NCBI GenBank assembly: GCA_033442325.1
Contig: JAWQFM010000018.1
Location: 851,813 to 915,725, forward strand
DNA length: 63,913 bases
DNA from: Salpingoeca rosetta
Taxonomy: Eukaryota; Protista; Choanoflagellata
Direction of reading: 5' to 3'
Shown here: positions 1 through 22,359 of the stretch, one piece after another
Numbering within the stretch: the stretch's first letter is position 1
How the letters are laid out: every line of letters starts with the position of its first letter
The notes under the pieces: generated by a model
Seen by the model: the letters and a program-made list of their open reading frames with translations, nothing else
Told to the model about the DNA's origin: nothing
Databases searched by the model: none
Translations under genes and position numbers: made by a program

Positions 1-8129
<8,129 letters not shown>

Positions 8130-8303
8130 GGTGGCGTGCACGCGCGCCCCAAGGTGGAGGTCAAGCCAAGCAAGCAGGCAAAGCGAGCAAGGTGTGGTGG
8201 TGCAGCAGCATTCAGCAAGCGAGGGTGGGTGCTGCTGTCTGTCTTTGCCTGCTGTCTTTGCGCTTCTGCCAAACAAACAAAACACAGAGGAGCTGTGTCT
8301 TTG

Positions 8304-8340
8304 GTCAATTTTGCCTTATTGCCTCAAAGGCAAATTTGAC
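8304..8340. promoter_or_regulatory. Candidate promoter motif GTCAATTTTGCC (8304-8315) plus an inverted variant GGCAAATTTGAC (8329-8340) in the SNX / coiled-coil gene divergent promoter
   Basis: The same 12-mer occurs at 34005 and 50013, each between head-to-head start codons. Confidence 0.65.
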
Positions 8341-8387
8341 ATTCCAGCGCTGGCAACGACGACCCACAACAACGGCAAGCAAGCAAG

Positions 8388-8950
8388 ATGGCGGACGATG
8401 ACAAGCACCACCAGCAACACACACACCACCACCAACACCAGCAGGAGGAGCAGGAGGATAAGCGCGTGTGGTGTGCAACATGTGGGCGGTACGAGGTGCC
8501 GGGAGATCCTGGCCCTGCGGTGATTCGCGTGGGCAGCGCCCCACCGCCGCTCAGTCACCATCAGCAGCACCGACAGGGGTACCCGTCTGACATTCCACCA
8601 CACGAATTCTACAAGCATTACCCGCAGTACCTGCTCCAGCACTCGCGTCACTTGCGAGGAGGCCACGTGCACTTGCAAGTGGTGCCCTCAATGAGTGACC
8701 AGCACCCCACAAGCACAGGTCGGGCCAGTGGCGATGCCCCTGCCGCCCACGACGACACAGAGAGCAGCACCGTGGATGAGGAGCGCAGCCTGATTGGAAA
8801 GCCATCACTGGAAGTCATCAGCCAGCCTCCATTGCTGCCCACCTTGGAAGACGATGCCCTCACGTGCCTCTCCTACGTCAATCGCACCAACGAAGTGCTG
8901 CGAAACTTCCAGGTGGGCCGACTGTGCTTGCGGTATTGTTGTTGTTGTGG

Positions 8951-8985
<35 letters not shown>

Positions 8986-8996
8986 GCTGCTGCTGC

Positions 8997-9038
<42 letters not shown>

Positions 9039-9094
9039 AGTTGTTGTTGTTGTTGTGGTTGTTGTTGTTGTGGTTGTTGTGGTTGTTGTTTAAG

Positions 9095-9148
<54 letters not shown>

Positions 9149-11229
9149 TGTTGTTGTTGCTGCTGCTGTTGTTGCTGCTACCTTTACACATGTCACTATT
9201 CTTGTTGTTGCTTTACTCACCCGGCATCCCCCCAAACCCTGCACATCATCCCGCATCGTGCACACAGAGCAACGTGGCTGTGATGCTGCGCCAGGCTGGC
9301 GCTGAGCACCAGAGCGAGGCCCTGTTCCGGTTCGTGCCGCCACAGCTCGGAATCGCCGCCCAGCAGCTGGAGTCGCTGCGGAGAGAGGCAGAGACACAGC
9401 ACCTTCAGGTGTGTCTTGCGAGCAGGTTGCTTAAAACAAAACAAAACTACCATCTCGACACATGCGCGCGTGTGTGTGCATTTGTGTGTGTGCTTGATGG
9501 ATCACCATGAACCAACGGGTGATAACCCGTGCTTGGTGTGTTTGCGTCCGTGCTGCAGGTGCGTGTGGCCCCAGAACTTGACAAGCTGCTGCACATCTGC
9601 GTGGAGCTTCTGAGCCGGTCAGTGGACGCCCAGTGGTAGTGGTGGCGGGGATCATGGGCGGTGGCGATTGCGGCGGCCGGGGGGGGAGGTTGTGCGATGG
9701 TCATCGCCGACAGCAGCCCGTATGAGAACGCTCGCACGAACACACCCACACACACACACACACGCACGCACACACACGCACGCACGCACGAATCATCTCA
9801 CCTTTTTGTTGAACCATGTGTATGCCATATGACCCTGCCCTGGTCCACACCACCCGCAGAGTGCAACATGGATTCCAGCGAGCCCTGGAAGCGTTGCTGG
9901 CGCAGGTCGGTGTGTGTGTGTGCGTGTGCGCGCGCGCGCGTGTGTGTGTGTGTGCGTGTGCCTGCGTATCCTTGCTGTTCCCCTTCCTCCTCCCACCACC
10001 ATCTCCTCCCTAACATGTACACACACACACACACACTACACGCAACATCACTGCCCATGCCACATCTCCACAGGACAAGAAGCTGATCCAGGATTTGGCG
10101 ACAGAGAACGCGGAGCTGCGGGACACTCTCCAACGGCAAGCAGAGGATATCGATGCTCTTGACGCAAAACGTACGCGCAGCATGTGATGCGACAAGCGCT
10201 GCTGTCTTCACACACCACACACACACACACACTAACCAACCCACTCTTTCTCTCACACACCACACACACACACTAACCAACCCACTCTTTCTCTCTCTCA
10301 GAAACACACACACACTAACCAACCCACTCTTTCTCTCACCCCAACACACACACACACACACACATTTCTCTCACTCCCTCAACACCCGTCACTCCCCCTC
10401 TTCTGCGTGCAGTGTATGCTGAGCAACAGCGGCACAGCGAGGTGCTGTACATGTGGCCGTCAATGTCCAACGACGCGCTTGTTGCAAACAAGATGCGCGA
10501 TCTTCAGCGCGCACACAGACAGCTGCAGACAGCGGTGCGGTGCTTGCACGCATGCTGGTGGTGGTGGTGGTGGTGGTGGTGGTGGTGGTGGTGGTGGGAG
10601 GAGGAGGAAGATTACTCGTGGTGTATGTTGACATATGCCTTGCGACATGAATGTGTGCGTGCGCGCGTGTTCTACTCGCTGTCAAGTGCGGTACCACTGC
10701 TGTTGGTACATCCATCATAGCTCTCACATCACATTTCCTTTTCTCTTCAACACCACCACCACCACCACCACCACCATCACCATCACTTCACCATCACCAG
10801 CACGAGGAAGCCCTGACGGAATTGAGTGAACTGCGACGCGAGAACAGAGAACTGAAGAAAACAGCAACAGCAGCAGCAGCGGCAGCAGCAAATGGTGGCG
10901 GGGGTGTGACGGACACGTACAGTGTGGGCAGTCACAATGAGGGTGTTACTGGCACACCAGCAAGAGGTCGACAAAAGGGTGCAGATGCAAGTCGTTTGAT
11001 TGCTGGCAACAGCAGTGGCGGTGGTGGTGGCGATGGTGACAATGGCAGTAGTGGTGGTGGTGGTGGGGTACGTGCACCCCATGCTGCCGCCGCTACAAAG
11101 CCGAAAGGAACGACTATTGTACATGTGCCTGGAACCAACATTGGTGCTGATGGCGATGGCGATAATGAGGAGGAAGAGGATGTTCACACCGCCGTCAATG
11201 TGTTCCGAGGTATAGTCCCCGTTGCCGAC

Positions 11230-11270
<41 letters not shown>

Positions 11271-11449
11271 CGTGCGTGTGTGTGCTGTATTTTGCTTGCT
11301 TGCGTGTGTGTGTGTGTGTTTATGTGCGTGTTGGTGCGTGTTGGTGCGTGTTTGTGTGTGTTTGTCTCTCTGTCTCTCTGTCTCTGTCTCTGTCTCTGTC
11401 TCTATCTCTGTCTCTCTGTCTCTCTCTGTCTCTCTCTCTCACTCACTCA

Positions 11450-11493
<44 letters not shown>

Positions 11494-12003
11494 CTCTCTC
11501 TCTCTCTCTTTCTCTTTCTCTTTCTCTCTCTCTGTTGCACCTTGCATGCGCTGCTGTTGTGACCGCCCCCGCCTAATCTTGTCAACACTGCCCTCATCGC
11601 TGCTGTTGTCACAACAATTACAGGCGTGACGGGAAGCGGACTTGGGATAACAAGCAACATCGGGCCATCGTCGTGAGTGGGCGGCACTGCACTCTTGTTG
11701 CCTGCAGGCATGCACTCCATGGCGTGCTGTCGTGTTGACATCACCCGAACACCCTCGCCCAAACAGGTATATTCCTCCTCAAACTCTCACTCACACTCCC
11801 GCATCACATCATCTACCCAATTCAGGTCTGGCGTGTTTGAGTCGTCGGCGTCGCGTTCGTTCTCGTCATATTCGCAAACGGCCGCTAATCGCCTTGCAAA
11901 GATCCCAGACCTCAAGGTGCACACAAGAGGAGAGGGGGGGGGGGCAAGAGAGAGGGTTTGTGTGTGTGTATTTGTGTGTTTGTGTGTTTGTGTGTTTGTG
12001 TGT

Positions 12004-12046
<43 letters not shown>

Positions 12047-13049
12047 TGAGTGAGTGTGTGTGTGTGAGTGAGTGTGTGTGTGAGTGTGTGTGTGAAGTAG
12101 TTGTTTTGTCCAACTGAGGCTGTAGAGAGTGTATTTCATTATCACATTCCTACATAGTTGGGAGCCTTGGTTTCACATCACATCACTCACCACTTCGAGA
12201 CATACACACACGCACACACGCATACACGTGCCCAGCTTGCGTGCTTGTTCCAGATGTACATTGCCCACCACCGCGCCAAGGACATGGCGGACACGGCTGG
12301 ACAGGAGTTCCGGCTGGTTCGTCGGCGCCTTGATCTTGCGCAACATCGCATCCACCAGTGGAAGGACAACAAAATTGGGGATTGGGGCATTCGCTTGCAG
12401 CAGGTGCAGTTGCCACCGTCGTTGGTGGCGGTGATGCGTTTGAAGTGGGTGTGAGATTGAGAGAGTGGGTGTGAGGGAGGGTGTGAATGGGAGAGTTGAG
12501 TGGGTATGAGGGTGGCTGAAAATGCGTCCATGTGAGTGTTAGACAGATGGAGACAGGCGGAGATTGAAAGAGACCGGCCACGAATGCACTGTTTGATACA
12601 CGTGTTTGTTTCGCCTGCGTACCATTCATGTGTCATTATCCACACAGTTCCCCATCCTACCCTCACTGCACATTCCCAAACCACCATCGCGATCATCAGC
12701 TTGCTGCCATCCAGGACCAGCTGTCGCTCCTCGTCGCCGCCATTCAACCAGCGGACAGCGGCACCTCCGTCCCGCAAACGGATGTGTCAGAGACCACCGG
12801 TGCTGGAACGAGGTGCGGACATGTTTGGGCAGGGGATTGCTGCGGTTATTGTCGGGCTGTGTGGGAGCTTAGTTGGCCGGGGTGTGCAAGTCGAGTCATC
12901 ATGCCACCGCATCACACTCACATGCAAGCATATGAACCGCATTTACGCACAGTCTTTCACGCACACACAATGTCTGATGCCCACAATCATAGATACACGT
13001 CCACACACACACACACACACACACTCACACACACACACACACTTACTCA

Positions 13050-13081
<32 letters not shown>

Positions 13082-13754
13082 CTCACTCACTCACTCACTC
13101 ACTCACTCATGTATTATCTCTGTCGCCTCTTCCTCCCCTCTTGTTGTGTGCAGCCCCTCTGGCACGACGCTTGCAACTGCTCACAGCAGCGCGACGTTTG
13201 GGTCTGTATCGCCCGGCGCGAGCCACGAGTCTGTGATGCGTTCTCGATTCGGCGGTGGCCGCATGCGCAGGCGAAGCACCCTGGTGAGCAGTTGGCGGAA
13301 AGGAAGGGAGTGGAGATAGAGAGCTGTGTGTATGTGCGTACGTGTGTGTGTGTGTGTGTGCGTGTGTGTGTACGCGTGTGGTTGTACGAGTGTGGATGTG
13401 TGTGTGTGCACGCGTGTGGATATGTGTTCACTTGTGCTTGTGCGTCCATGGTTGCCCAACGCTGCGTTCTCACACGCACATATGCGCCCTTCACGCGCAC
13501 ATAAATGCCTTTCACACGCATCCCTGATCAACTCCCCTCCCCCCCTCCTTTCCTCCACTCCATCAGACGTTTGGGGAGGCGAGCGACAAGTACTGGTCGG
13601 CGAGCATCACGTCTGGTCTTGAGTCCACAGTCGACAGCTCGTGGCTCGTCACACCGCACTCCCTCGTTCTTCAGGCCACCAGGGCACACAAGTACGACAT
13701 GCGTGCCGTTTGGGATGTGGGGTGGTCGTTGTGCTGTGCTGTGTGTGCTGTGCT

Positions 13755-13821
<67 letters not shown>

Positions 13822-14208
13822 CGTGTGTGTGTTGGGGGGGGGGTTCGGTTTGTACAAGTACCCTGGTGTACATTGTCGTGGTTTCCACTTGCCATCATGA
13901 ACCGTTTCAGTTTCACTTCACACCAACGCACACCAACGCACACCAACCACCACCACCTCCTCCTCGCCAGGGGGCCTAGTTTGGTGCCGACGGAGACAGA
14001 CGGAGCATCACACCATGCGGGCGGACACGACGCAAAAAACAGCAGCAGCGACGGTGCTGGTCACGGTCACGCTAGTAGCAGCATGGGAAGCAGGAAGGAC
14101 AGCAGCAACAGCGGTGGTGGTGATGGCGAGCCAGCACGCAAGAGTGGTAGCAAGGGCACCGCCCCCTCAACCCCAACAGCATCAACCCCCGTCACCACCG
14201 CCTCTACC

Positions 14209-14242
<34 letters not shown>

Positions 14243-14682
14243 TGACTGCAGCGAGTGCAGTTGCAGCACCTTTGGGTGCAGCGCGACCAGGGCGACCGCA
14301 GCTCTCGTCTCGCTCGCGACTGCACACACCAACAACACCAACAACACCAACAACAACGGCGGCGACGACGACGACGATGGCAACTTCCATGACAGCACAG
14401 CCATTGTCGCAACCATTGTCGCAGCAGCAGCAGCAGCAGCAACAACAACAACAGCGTGGTGGCACGCCCATTCTGTCTCGGTCGATGCCGCTATCACCGC
14501 ACCCCAACACCGCAGCGAGCAGGGCGGGCGCCAGCACGACCACAAGTGGCAGCAGTGGCGGTGGCGGTGTGAATGCGAATGTGTTTATGCAGGCGTTGAA
14601 TGAGATTTCGCAACCGGCGCATCGGTCCTTGAGTCCGACTGCAGCAACTCGCACGCGCGATCTCAAACTCCCGCCCCTCTAG
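8388..14682 (+). CDS. Hypothetical multi-exon protein with central coiled coil and low-complexity C-terminus
   Basis: Exon 1 MADDDKHH...NEVLRNFQ|, then in-frame exons SNVAVMLRQAG..., VQHGFQRALEALLAQ|DKKLIQDLATENAELRDTLQRQAEDIDALDAK, ...QLQTA|HEEALTELSELRRENRELKK. Last exon ends DLKLPPL*. No family recognised; the middle exons are uncertain. Confidence 0.65.
8936..9178. repeat. (TTG)n/(CTG)n microsatellite in intron 1 of the coiled-coil gene
   Basis: Directly visible. Confidence 0.95.
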
Positions 14683-15313
14683 CTTAGACAACAGCGTGTG
14701 TGTGTGTGTGTATGTGTGTGTGTGTGTTTGGGTGTGCGTGTATGTGTGTGTGTGTGTGTGTGTGTGCGTGTGTGTATGTATATGTGTGTGCTGCATCCCT
14801 CTTTGTGAATGTTGCATTCCCCTATGTAAGTGTGCGTCCCTGGGAGCGAAACGCTGGCAGTGCCAGGCACAATACCAACAGTAAACGAATGATTCATGGG
14901 AGGCGACAGCACGGAATGTGTTGTTTTGTTTGTTTAGTTGCAGGTGCAGGTGGTTAAAGAGCAGGGAAAGGAATTGGGGGGGGGGGGTTGGCGGCTGTGA
15001 TAAAACATTGGCAGTTACAGCAGCAACGCAGACAAGACAAGGAAGGAACGAACCAAGGCACACGCACACGCACGCACACATGCACAAACAAACAAACAAA
15101 CGAACAAACAAACGAACAAAACAAACAAACGAACAAGCAAAGAACGCACACAAACAACGCACACACACACACAAACAAACAAACAAACACGGACACACAC
15201 ACACACACACACACACAAACAAACAAACAAACAAACAAACAAACAAACAAACACGGACACACACACAAAAACAAACAAACAACACACACACGCACACAAA
15301 ACAAAACAAATGG

Positions 15314-16219
15314 TCAGAGGAGCTTGAAGTGGGAGATGGAGTCGAGGATCCATTGCCGCGTAACGCAGCGGACGCGGTGACGACGGTGCTTCCGCGCCAA
15401 CCTGTTGATGAGGATGACACGATGGTGGGGGTGGTGGTGGAATACAAGTCGTGGAATAAGTGGAAGCTTGCAGTGGATGGGTGGATGAGAGGGATTGGAA
15501 GAGGGCGTCGACAGCTGGTGCCTGAATACCACACGCATGCAAGAGCACTCATGCATCATGCATCATCACCATCACCTGTCGCAGTCTGCCTCGTCGGCAG
15601 CGACGATGAACGTCTCTGGCGACATTGCATCGGCGGCGTGATGCGGGCGGTGCGTCACGGCTGCAAACTCCGCCGTCGTCCCAAGCGGCTCCCGACACAG
15701 CACCTGCGTGTGTTTGTGTGGTTGTGTGTGTATTTGCGCGTTGTGCGCGTGTGTGTTGTGTGCATGTGTGTTGTGTGGATATGTCAGTCTTGATTGCGAC
15801 TGCTTGAAGGTGTGTGTACGATTGTGTTTGTACTCTTCGTGTCTGCATGCGTACATGTTTTCACCAGTTACACTTCCTCATATCTCATGCCCCCAACACT
15901 TTCACCACCACCACCACCACCACCACCACCACCACCACCACCACCACCACCACCATCACCACCACCACCACAGCACGCAGACACACGCCTCCCCACGTCC
16001 CAACACCCCGCCCCCCCCCCCAACACGCCTCTCCTCACCACCCTACATCACCCCACCTTGCCGTGTCCAAGGGTGACGAGTGCCCGCAGGTCCTTAACGG
16101 CGGGTCGGCCAGCAGCAGCAGCGCCAGGGGGCGACTTGGCGAAATAGAACGAGCAGCCGGCAAACAGACGTGGCTCCTATTGGTGATGATGATGATGGTG
16201 GTGGTGATGATAAAGACGG

Positions 16220-16255
<36 letters not shown>

Positions 16256-16932
16256 GGTGGTGGTGGTGGTGGTGGTGGTCAGATCAAAAACCATAGGGTG
16301 ATGCAAGATCGAATGCAAGTGCACATATGGTGATTTTGTGACGGGCAATCCCCCACGATTCAATCAACTTACGTCGTTGAGGCGAGAGAGTCGGCTGCGA
16401 ATTGCTCCACCCTGAACAAAAAAAACAATGCACCATGCAACCAAGTCAGTGAGCCCAGTCGAAGACACACACACACACACACACATGCACACACACACAC
16501 CCATGCACACACACGCACCTCCGCGACGGTATCTGCCTTGACTTCGTACGTCTCCTCTGCCAACCACGCGCCCTTTTTGTCGCTCGCATATACCCCTGCA
16601 CACACGCGCGCACACACGCATCATATCAGCGCCAGGAAATCACGCAACAACAGCTGACAGTGCGCGTCACTGCCCATACTCACTCCCCCGTTCCACCACC
16701 ACCACCACCATCACCACCAACACCATCCTCTTAAACCTCCTCGAACAACAACAACAGCAGCAGCAGCAACACGGATCGCACATGCAGCATCGAGGACCCA
16801 GCATCCGAGCAGAATGCCTTGAAAGTACTTGATGGTCCTCTTGACACGCCCATCGTCGTTGAGCGCCGTCAGCACATGTGTCACTGCAATTGGACACAGC
16901 AGGGGTGAGGAAGGAAGTACGCCGGGTGTCAG

Positions 16933-16967
<35 letters not shown>

Positions 16968-17575
16968 TTCGTATTTGTGTGTGTGCGAACAAGAACATCT
17001 GGAAAGAAGGAAAGACGACAGCAAGCGCAACACACACACACACACGTATGCACAGTCACAACCACCCACACGCACACATGCACACATCCGGCTGCCGACC
17101 TCCTTGTGTGATGTTGGTCTGCACTTCACCGCCCAGATTGCGACACGCCCGCTGCGTCTTGCGCTGTGGTACGATGAGCAGAGTCAAAGTGGTGTTGCGT
17201 TGTTCGGAAGAATAAACAATGGGGAGGAAGTGTTAGCATGCATTCCGCGTAACGTTACATTCACGCACGCACGCACATATTGCTTACATGCTCGCATGCA
17301 CAGACAGTGCACAGCGCGGCGCACACAATACATACATACACACACACAATACACACACAGTGCACAGACAGTGCACAGCGCGGCGCACCCTGAGGTCGTC
17401 GTTGACGGCGGTGATGGTGAGGATCGGGTGGGCGACATCAGACAGCGCATCGCCACTCACGCCGCTCGCCTGCGACGCCTGCAGATGCAAAAGGTGGAGC
17501 GTTGCGTGTCATGTGTGGGGGGATGATGATGTGATGGAAGGGAAAGACGTGAGGAGTGGTTGAAGTGTCAGCACG

Positions 17576-17632
<57 letters not shown>

Positions 17633-17906
17633 GCGCGCCCAAAAGCAAGCAGGTGTGAACCTCCATCACGCTTCAGCTCACCGGCAAGCTCGACGGCTCC
17701 ACGTCTGGTTCATCCCCATCATCACCGTCATGACCATCACCATCTTGACCTTCACCTTCACCGTCATCATCATCATCGGCACCATCGGCACCATCAAAGA
17801 GCACGAGCGTGCCCCCTGGTCCAAACAGCGGCGCTGACTCCACGCTCTCGCACGCACCGCGCCCACCACCACCTGACGTTGAGCTTGATGCTACTGTTGT
17901 TGTTGC

Positions 17907-17952
<46 letters not shown>

Positions 17953-18915
17953 GCTGTTGCTGTTGTTGCTGTACCCGCGCCACCTGTTGGATGTGTTGTT
18001 GGTGTTGCTGGCTCTGTTGCGTGTGTGGTCGTCGTCGTTGCCGCGGTCAAGGACTGCTTGAGGGATTCGTTTGGACAGACGTCCAAGGGGGTGTGACCCT
18101 GTGCATTCTTCACATCGACGCGCGCACCGCGCTCCACCAACAGCTGTTGCGCAGACACAACACGACACACACGGCGGTCGTGAGGGCGATGTGATGATCG
18201 AAGTGGTATGTTGTTAGTTGTGGTGGTGCGTGGTAACGTAACAAACATACGTATGAGTCGGGTTGATTCGCGCGTGCATACATACATGTACAAGCCCGCA
18301 CACGAACACATGTCATCAGCGCGTGTGCATGTTGCTGTCGCTCACCAGCGCAATCTCTGGTGCATTTGCGCAAATTGCGTCATGCAGGGGTGTGTCGCCT
18401 TCAATGGTGGCAGTGGCGTTCACATTCGCACCAGCATCCAGCAGCGCCCACACAATAGGCTCTGATGCAATCTGACACGCCTCATGCTGCGATGTGATGT
18501 GTATGTGTGTATGTGTGTGAGTGTAGGCGTGTGTGTGTGCGTGTGTGCGAGTACGCATGTGTATGTGCATGTGCATGTGTGCTCATGTGTTTGGGTATAC
18601 GTGTGTGTGTGTGTATGTGGAAGTGAGATACAGTCATGTCGCGTCCAAGTCACTCACAATCACCTTCTCCCGACCACCTCGTCACACAATCACAACTACC
18701 ACTCCCCTTTCCACCCCTCCCACCTCCCCTCCCAAGCACCCGTCTGCTACACCAGCGCGCATCCCCCCACCAGAGGCGTCCAGCCTGCGTGGTCGGCGTG
18801 ATTGGCGTTGGCGCCGGCTGTCAACAGCTCCTGCACACGCGTCAACTGCCCTTTCTTGCATGCAACCTGCAGCGCCGTCTCGCCGTGCTGGTTCACCCGC
18901 TCCTTCTAGTGGTGG

Positions 18916-18977
<62 letters not shown>

Positions 18978-18990
18978 GTGATGATGATGG

Positions 18991-19057
<67 letters not shown>

Positions 19058-20865
19058 GGTGGTGGTGGTGGTGGTGGTGTATGAGTTGAGTGGGAATGGA
19101 TACAGTCCACTTCTTCAGCAGAACTCCAACCACACAGATAAACACGCGCACACATCCAAACACGCCGCACCCCCACCTTTGGCTGCTTCTGCTTTACGCG
19201 TGTGTTGGTTGTGCGGCGGTGGCGAACAGGCGTGGCTACTTTCGATGACAATGATGGTGATGTTCTTGTTGATGATGATGCTTCCCTCGTGTCAGCCTTG
19301 CGAGCTCTGCTTTGCCGCTGCCTCTGCTGCTTCTTGGGCTGCTTGCCATCTTTGTTGTGTGCAGTGTGCCGCGCTGTCCTGCCATTTGCTGCACTCCCAC
19401 TCGTCTTGGCCCTCTTGCTGCGCACCGGCCGTGCATCCTCTTCATCCTCTTCATCCTGTTCATCCTCTTCACCTTCATCTTCATCTTCGCGTTTGCCACG
19501 GTTGTGACGTTTACCACCTCCACTGCCGGCGGCCTTGCCACTGCCGCTGCCTCCCTCCTCCTCAGCCCTACCCTCTTCGTCGTCTTGTTCCTCTGCCATG
19601 GCGGTGCTGGTGCTGGTGGTGGTGTTGTTGCTTCGCTTGGGCGTTGCCTTCACCCGCCGCGGCTGTGTCGGCTGTGTCGGCTGTGCCTGATCCGCACGTT
19701 CACTCACCACCCCGCCCGTGTTGGTCACCGTTGTGAGGGGAGCGCCGCGGCGACGTGTGCCGTTCTGTGTTGCCAACTTCCTGGCCCCCTTATTCTTCCT
19801 GTTGTTTGCCTTTCCGCGGGTGCTGATTGCAGCATACTCGTCGCCTGCCTGGCTCGGTGGGACGCTCCCCAGCTTCAGTTGGGAGCCGGCGATGGAGGGC
19901 GGGTCTTGCGTCTCCATCAGCTTCTCCATCGTCTTGACAAACAGCACCACCTCCGAAATCTACACAGAGAATGGGGGGTTGGGGGGTTGGGGGTTGGGAG
20001 GGAAAGTGTGTCGGGAGGTGAAAGGCAAGCGAGTGTGGGTGAAGAAGGAAGCAGGAGAGATGACGGTGTGCGACACGACAATTGCGCAAGTGGGCACACC
20101 CAGACGCACGCAATTAAAGGGAGAGCGAGAGAGCAACGAATGGATGCAATGGCAACTACATTGCTAGCAACAGCATAGCTGGCAAGCAGCAACATAGCCA
20201 CGCATTACAAACCTGGTCACTTTCGACAATGTCACGGGGAAAGCTGGGCCGCTTGCACTCGGGACACACGCTGTTGTCCTCCAGTGCTTCAACGATGCAC
20301 TCCCTGTGATGCGAGTCAAGGCAGAGGGAGAGAAAGGGAGAGAAGGGGGTGTGAGGGGGGGGGGCGAAGAGAAGCTGGCTTGCAGGTTGGCGTGGGTGCA
20401 AACTCGTGTGTAAGCTCGTGTGCATGTGGTTTGGACGTGTGCAAGTACCGCTGAACGCACTTGCAGAAGAGATGATCGCACTCCAGGAGACAGCGTGGTT
20501 CCTCAGGCATGTTGCAGCTGTAAAGAGGACGCGAGCGCGGAGAGCGAGATAGAGAGAGGTGGGGTTGGTGAAGAGGTGCAGGAAGCAGCAAGCGGGAAAG
20601 AGAGATGGGGGGGGAAGGCAGGGAGAAGGAGAGGGGTAGGGAGAGAGGGGGAGGCAGGGAGAAAGGGAGAGGAGAGAGGAGAGGAGGGGAGAGGAGGCAG
20701 GGAGAAGGAGGGGAGGCAGGGAGAAGGTGGGAGGCAGCGAGGTGGGAGACAGGGCAGGCACACAGACAGACACACAGACACACACACACACACAGACAGA
20801 GAGACAGACACACACACACACGCACGCACACACACACACACAGACACAGACACAGACACAGACAC

Positions 20866-20940
<75 letters not shown>

Positions 20941-21090
20941 CACACGCACACACACACACACACATGTACACACAGACACACAGACACACACACAGTACAC
21001 CGAGCGCACTCACCAGAGACGACAGCGCGCTGCGTTGCGCACAGCGGCCATCCCCGCCACACTTTCGCGCCATTCGCGGCTCACATCCAT
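15314..21090 (-). CDS. BARD1: BARD1-like protein (RING - low-complexity linker - ankyrin repeats - tandem BRCT)
   Basis: Spliced C3HC4 [28 protein letters not shown]|[25 protein letters not shown]. Ankyrins [41 protein letters not shown]|HEAC...GDTPLHDAI...GHTPLDV. BRCT1 VTHVLT...[19 protein letters not shown]-terminus [13 protein letters not shown] resembles the BARD1 end. Confidence 0.85.
18910..19079. repeat. (GAT)n(GGT)n microsatellite in a BARD1 intron
   Basis: Directly visible. Confidence 0.95.
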
Positions 21091-21268
21091 CGTTCTTATC
21101 GAAAAATGAACAAGATTTAATGGGATTGTAACGCAGTACACGACATAAAAAAAAAAACCAGAAGGCAGCAGTCGCGGCTTTCTCTCTCTCTTCCCCTCTC
21201 TCTTCCTCCTCTCAACTCTTACGTCACCCACCTCACGTCACCCCACCACCACGCAAACAGCGCCATCT

Positions 21269-22173
21269 TCAAGCTTGCAGCGCCATCTGCTGGTTAGGGG
21301 CTCGAAGAGGGGTGAGGTTAGTTCGCTCCGCAAATGGGAGCTGTCGCTTGGCGCCGGGAGAGCGTGTGATGTCGTTTGTGTGGCTGTTGGTGTTTGTTGT
21401 GGTTTTGAGGGTGATGAGCGGAGCGGGCACAAACGTGGCGTCCTCTTCTTGCCGCTGCTGCTGCTGCTGCCCTTGCTGTTGCTGGTCGGTGCTGTCCTCG
21501 TAGTCGCTACTGTACATGGAGGATTGTGAGCGCTCGTCCTCGTTTGCAATGGCAGCAAACGTTGGGCTCTCGAGGTCGTCCTGCGGCGCGTCCTCGTAGG
21601 CGTGGTAGTCGTCTGCTTCGGCGCTGTCTTCCTCGTCCTCTTCCCCATTGTCACCCTCATTGCCTTGCTCTGCGATGGGGTGCAGCTGCCTGGTACCCGC
21701 GTTGGCTGCGTTCTGGCCAATCTTCGCCTCACGCATGGAGCACATGATGGCGTTTACCGCGGCCCGCTCGCCTGCTCTGTCGACTTCATCACACGACTCT
21801 GTCAGGTCGCAGCACGGCAGCGGCGAGTCGTCTCGCGACTCAATGGGAATCTGCACACAATCACATCCAATCGGGCAAGAGTGGGGAAGATGTGTGTGTG
21901 TGTGCGTGTGTGCGTGTGTGCGTGCGTGCGTGCGTGCGTGCGTGGGTGTGTGTGTGAGCTGGAAGAGAAAGCGAGACAGGTTATGAGGGAGGGGAATCAT
22001 GCGTGTTCCCGATAAGAGAATTGTGTGTGGAGCGAAGCTTACGTAGTCGGAGGTGACGGGCAGCGGGGTGCGAGGCACTGTTGTCGACTACACATTTGCG
22101 TGGCATGAGATGAAGGGAATGCAGGGCGAGCCATTACGGAGCAATGCAGGGTGAGCTAGTGGGCGACCTTCTT

Positions 22174-22208
<35 letters not shown>

Positions 22209-22359
22209 GGGACACAACAGCACCTCAACACACACACACACACAGACACACGCAAACACACACCGGTGATCGAGGGTCGATGAGACGTGCTTGAAGATGC
22301 TTTGATGGGGTGGCGGGCTCTGGTTTGGCCGCGCTACTGCGAGACGCGTTGGCACCCAT
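21269..22359 (-). CDS. Hypothetical acidic protein with N-terminal MGANAS (possible N-myristoylation)
   Basis: Exon 1 MGANASRSSAAKPEPATPSKHLQARLIDPRSP, small middle exon(s), and a long last exon IPIESRDDSPLPCC...PFAERTNLTPLRAPNQQMALQA*. Confidence 0.6.
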
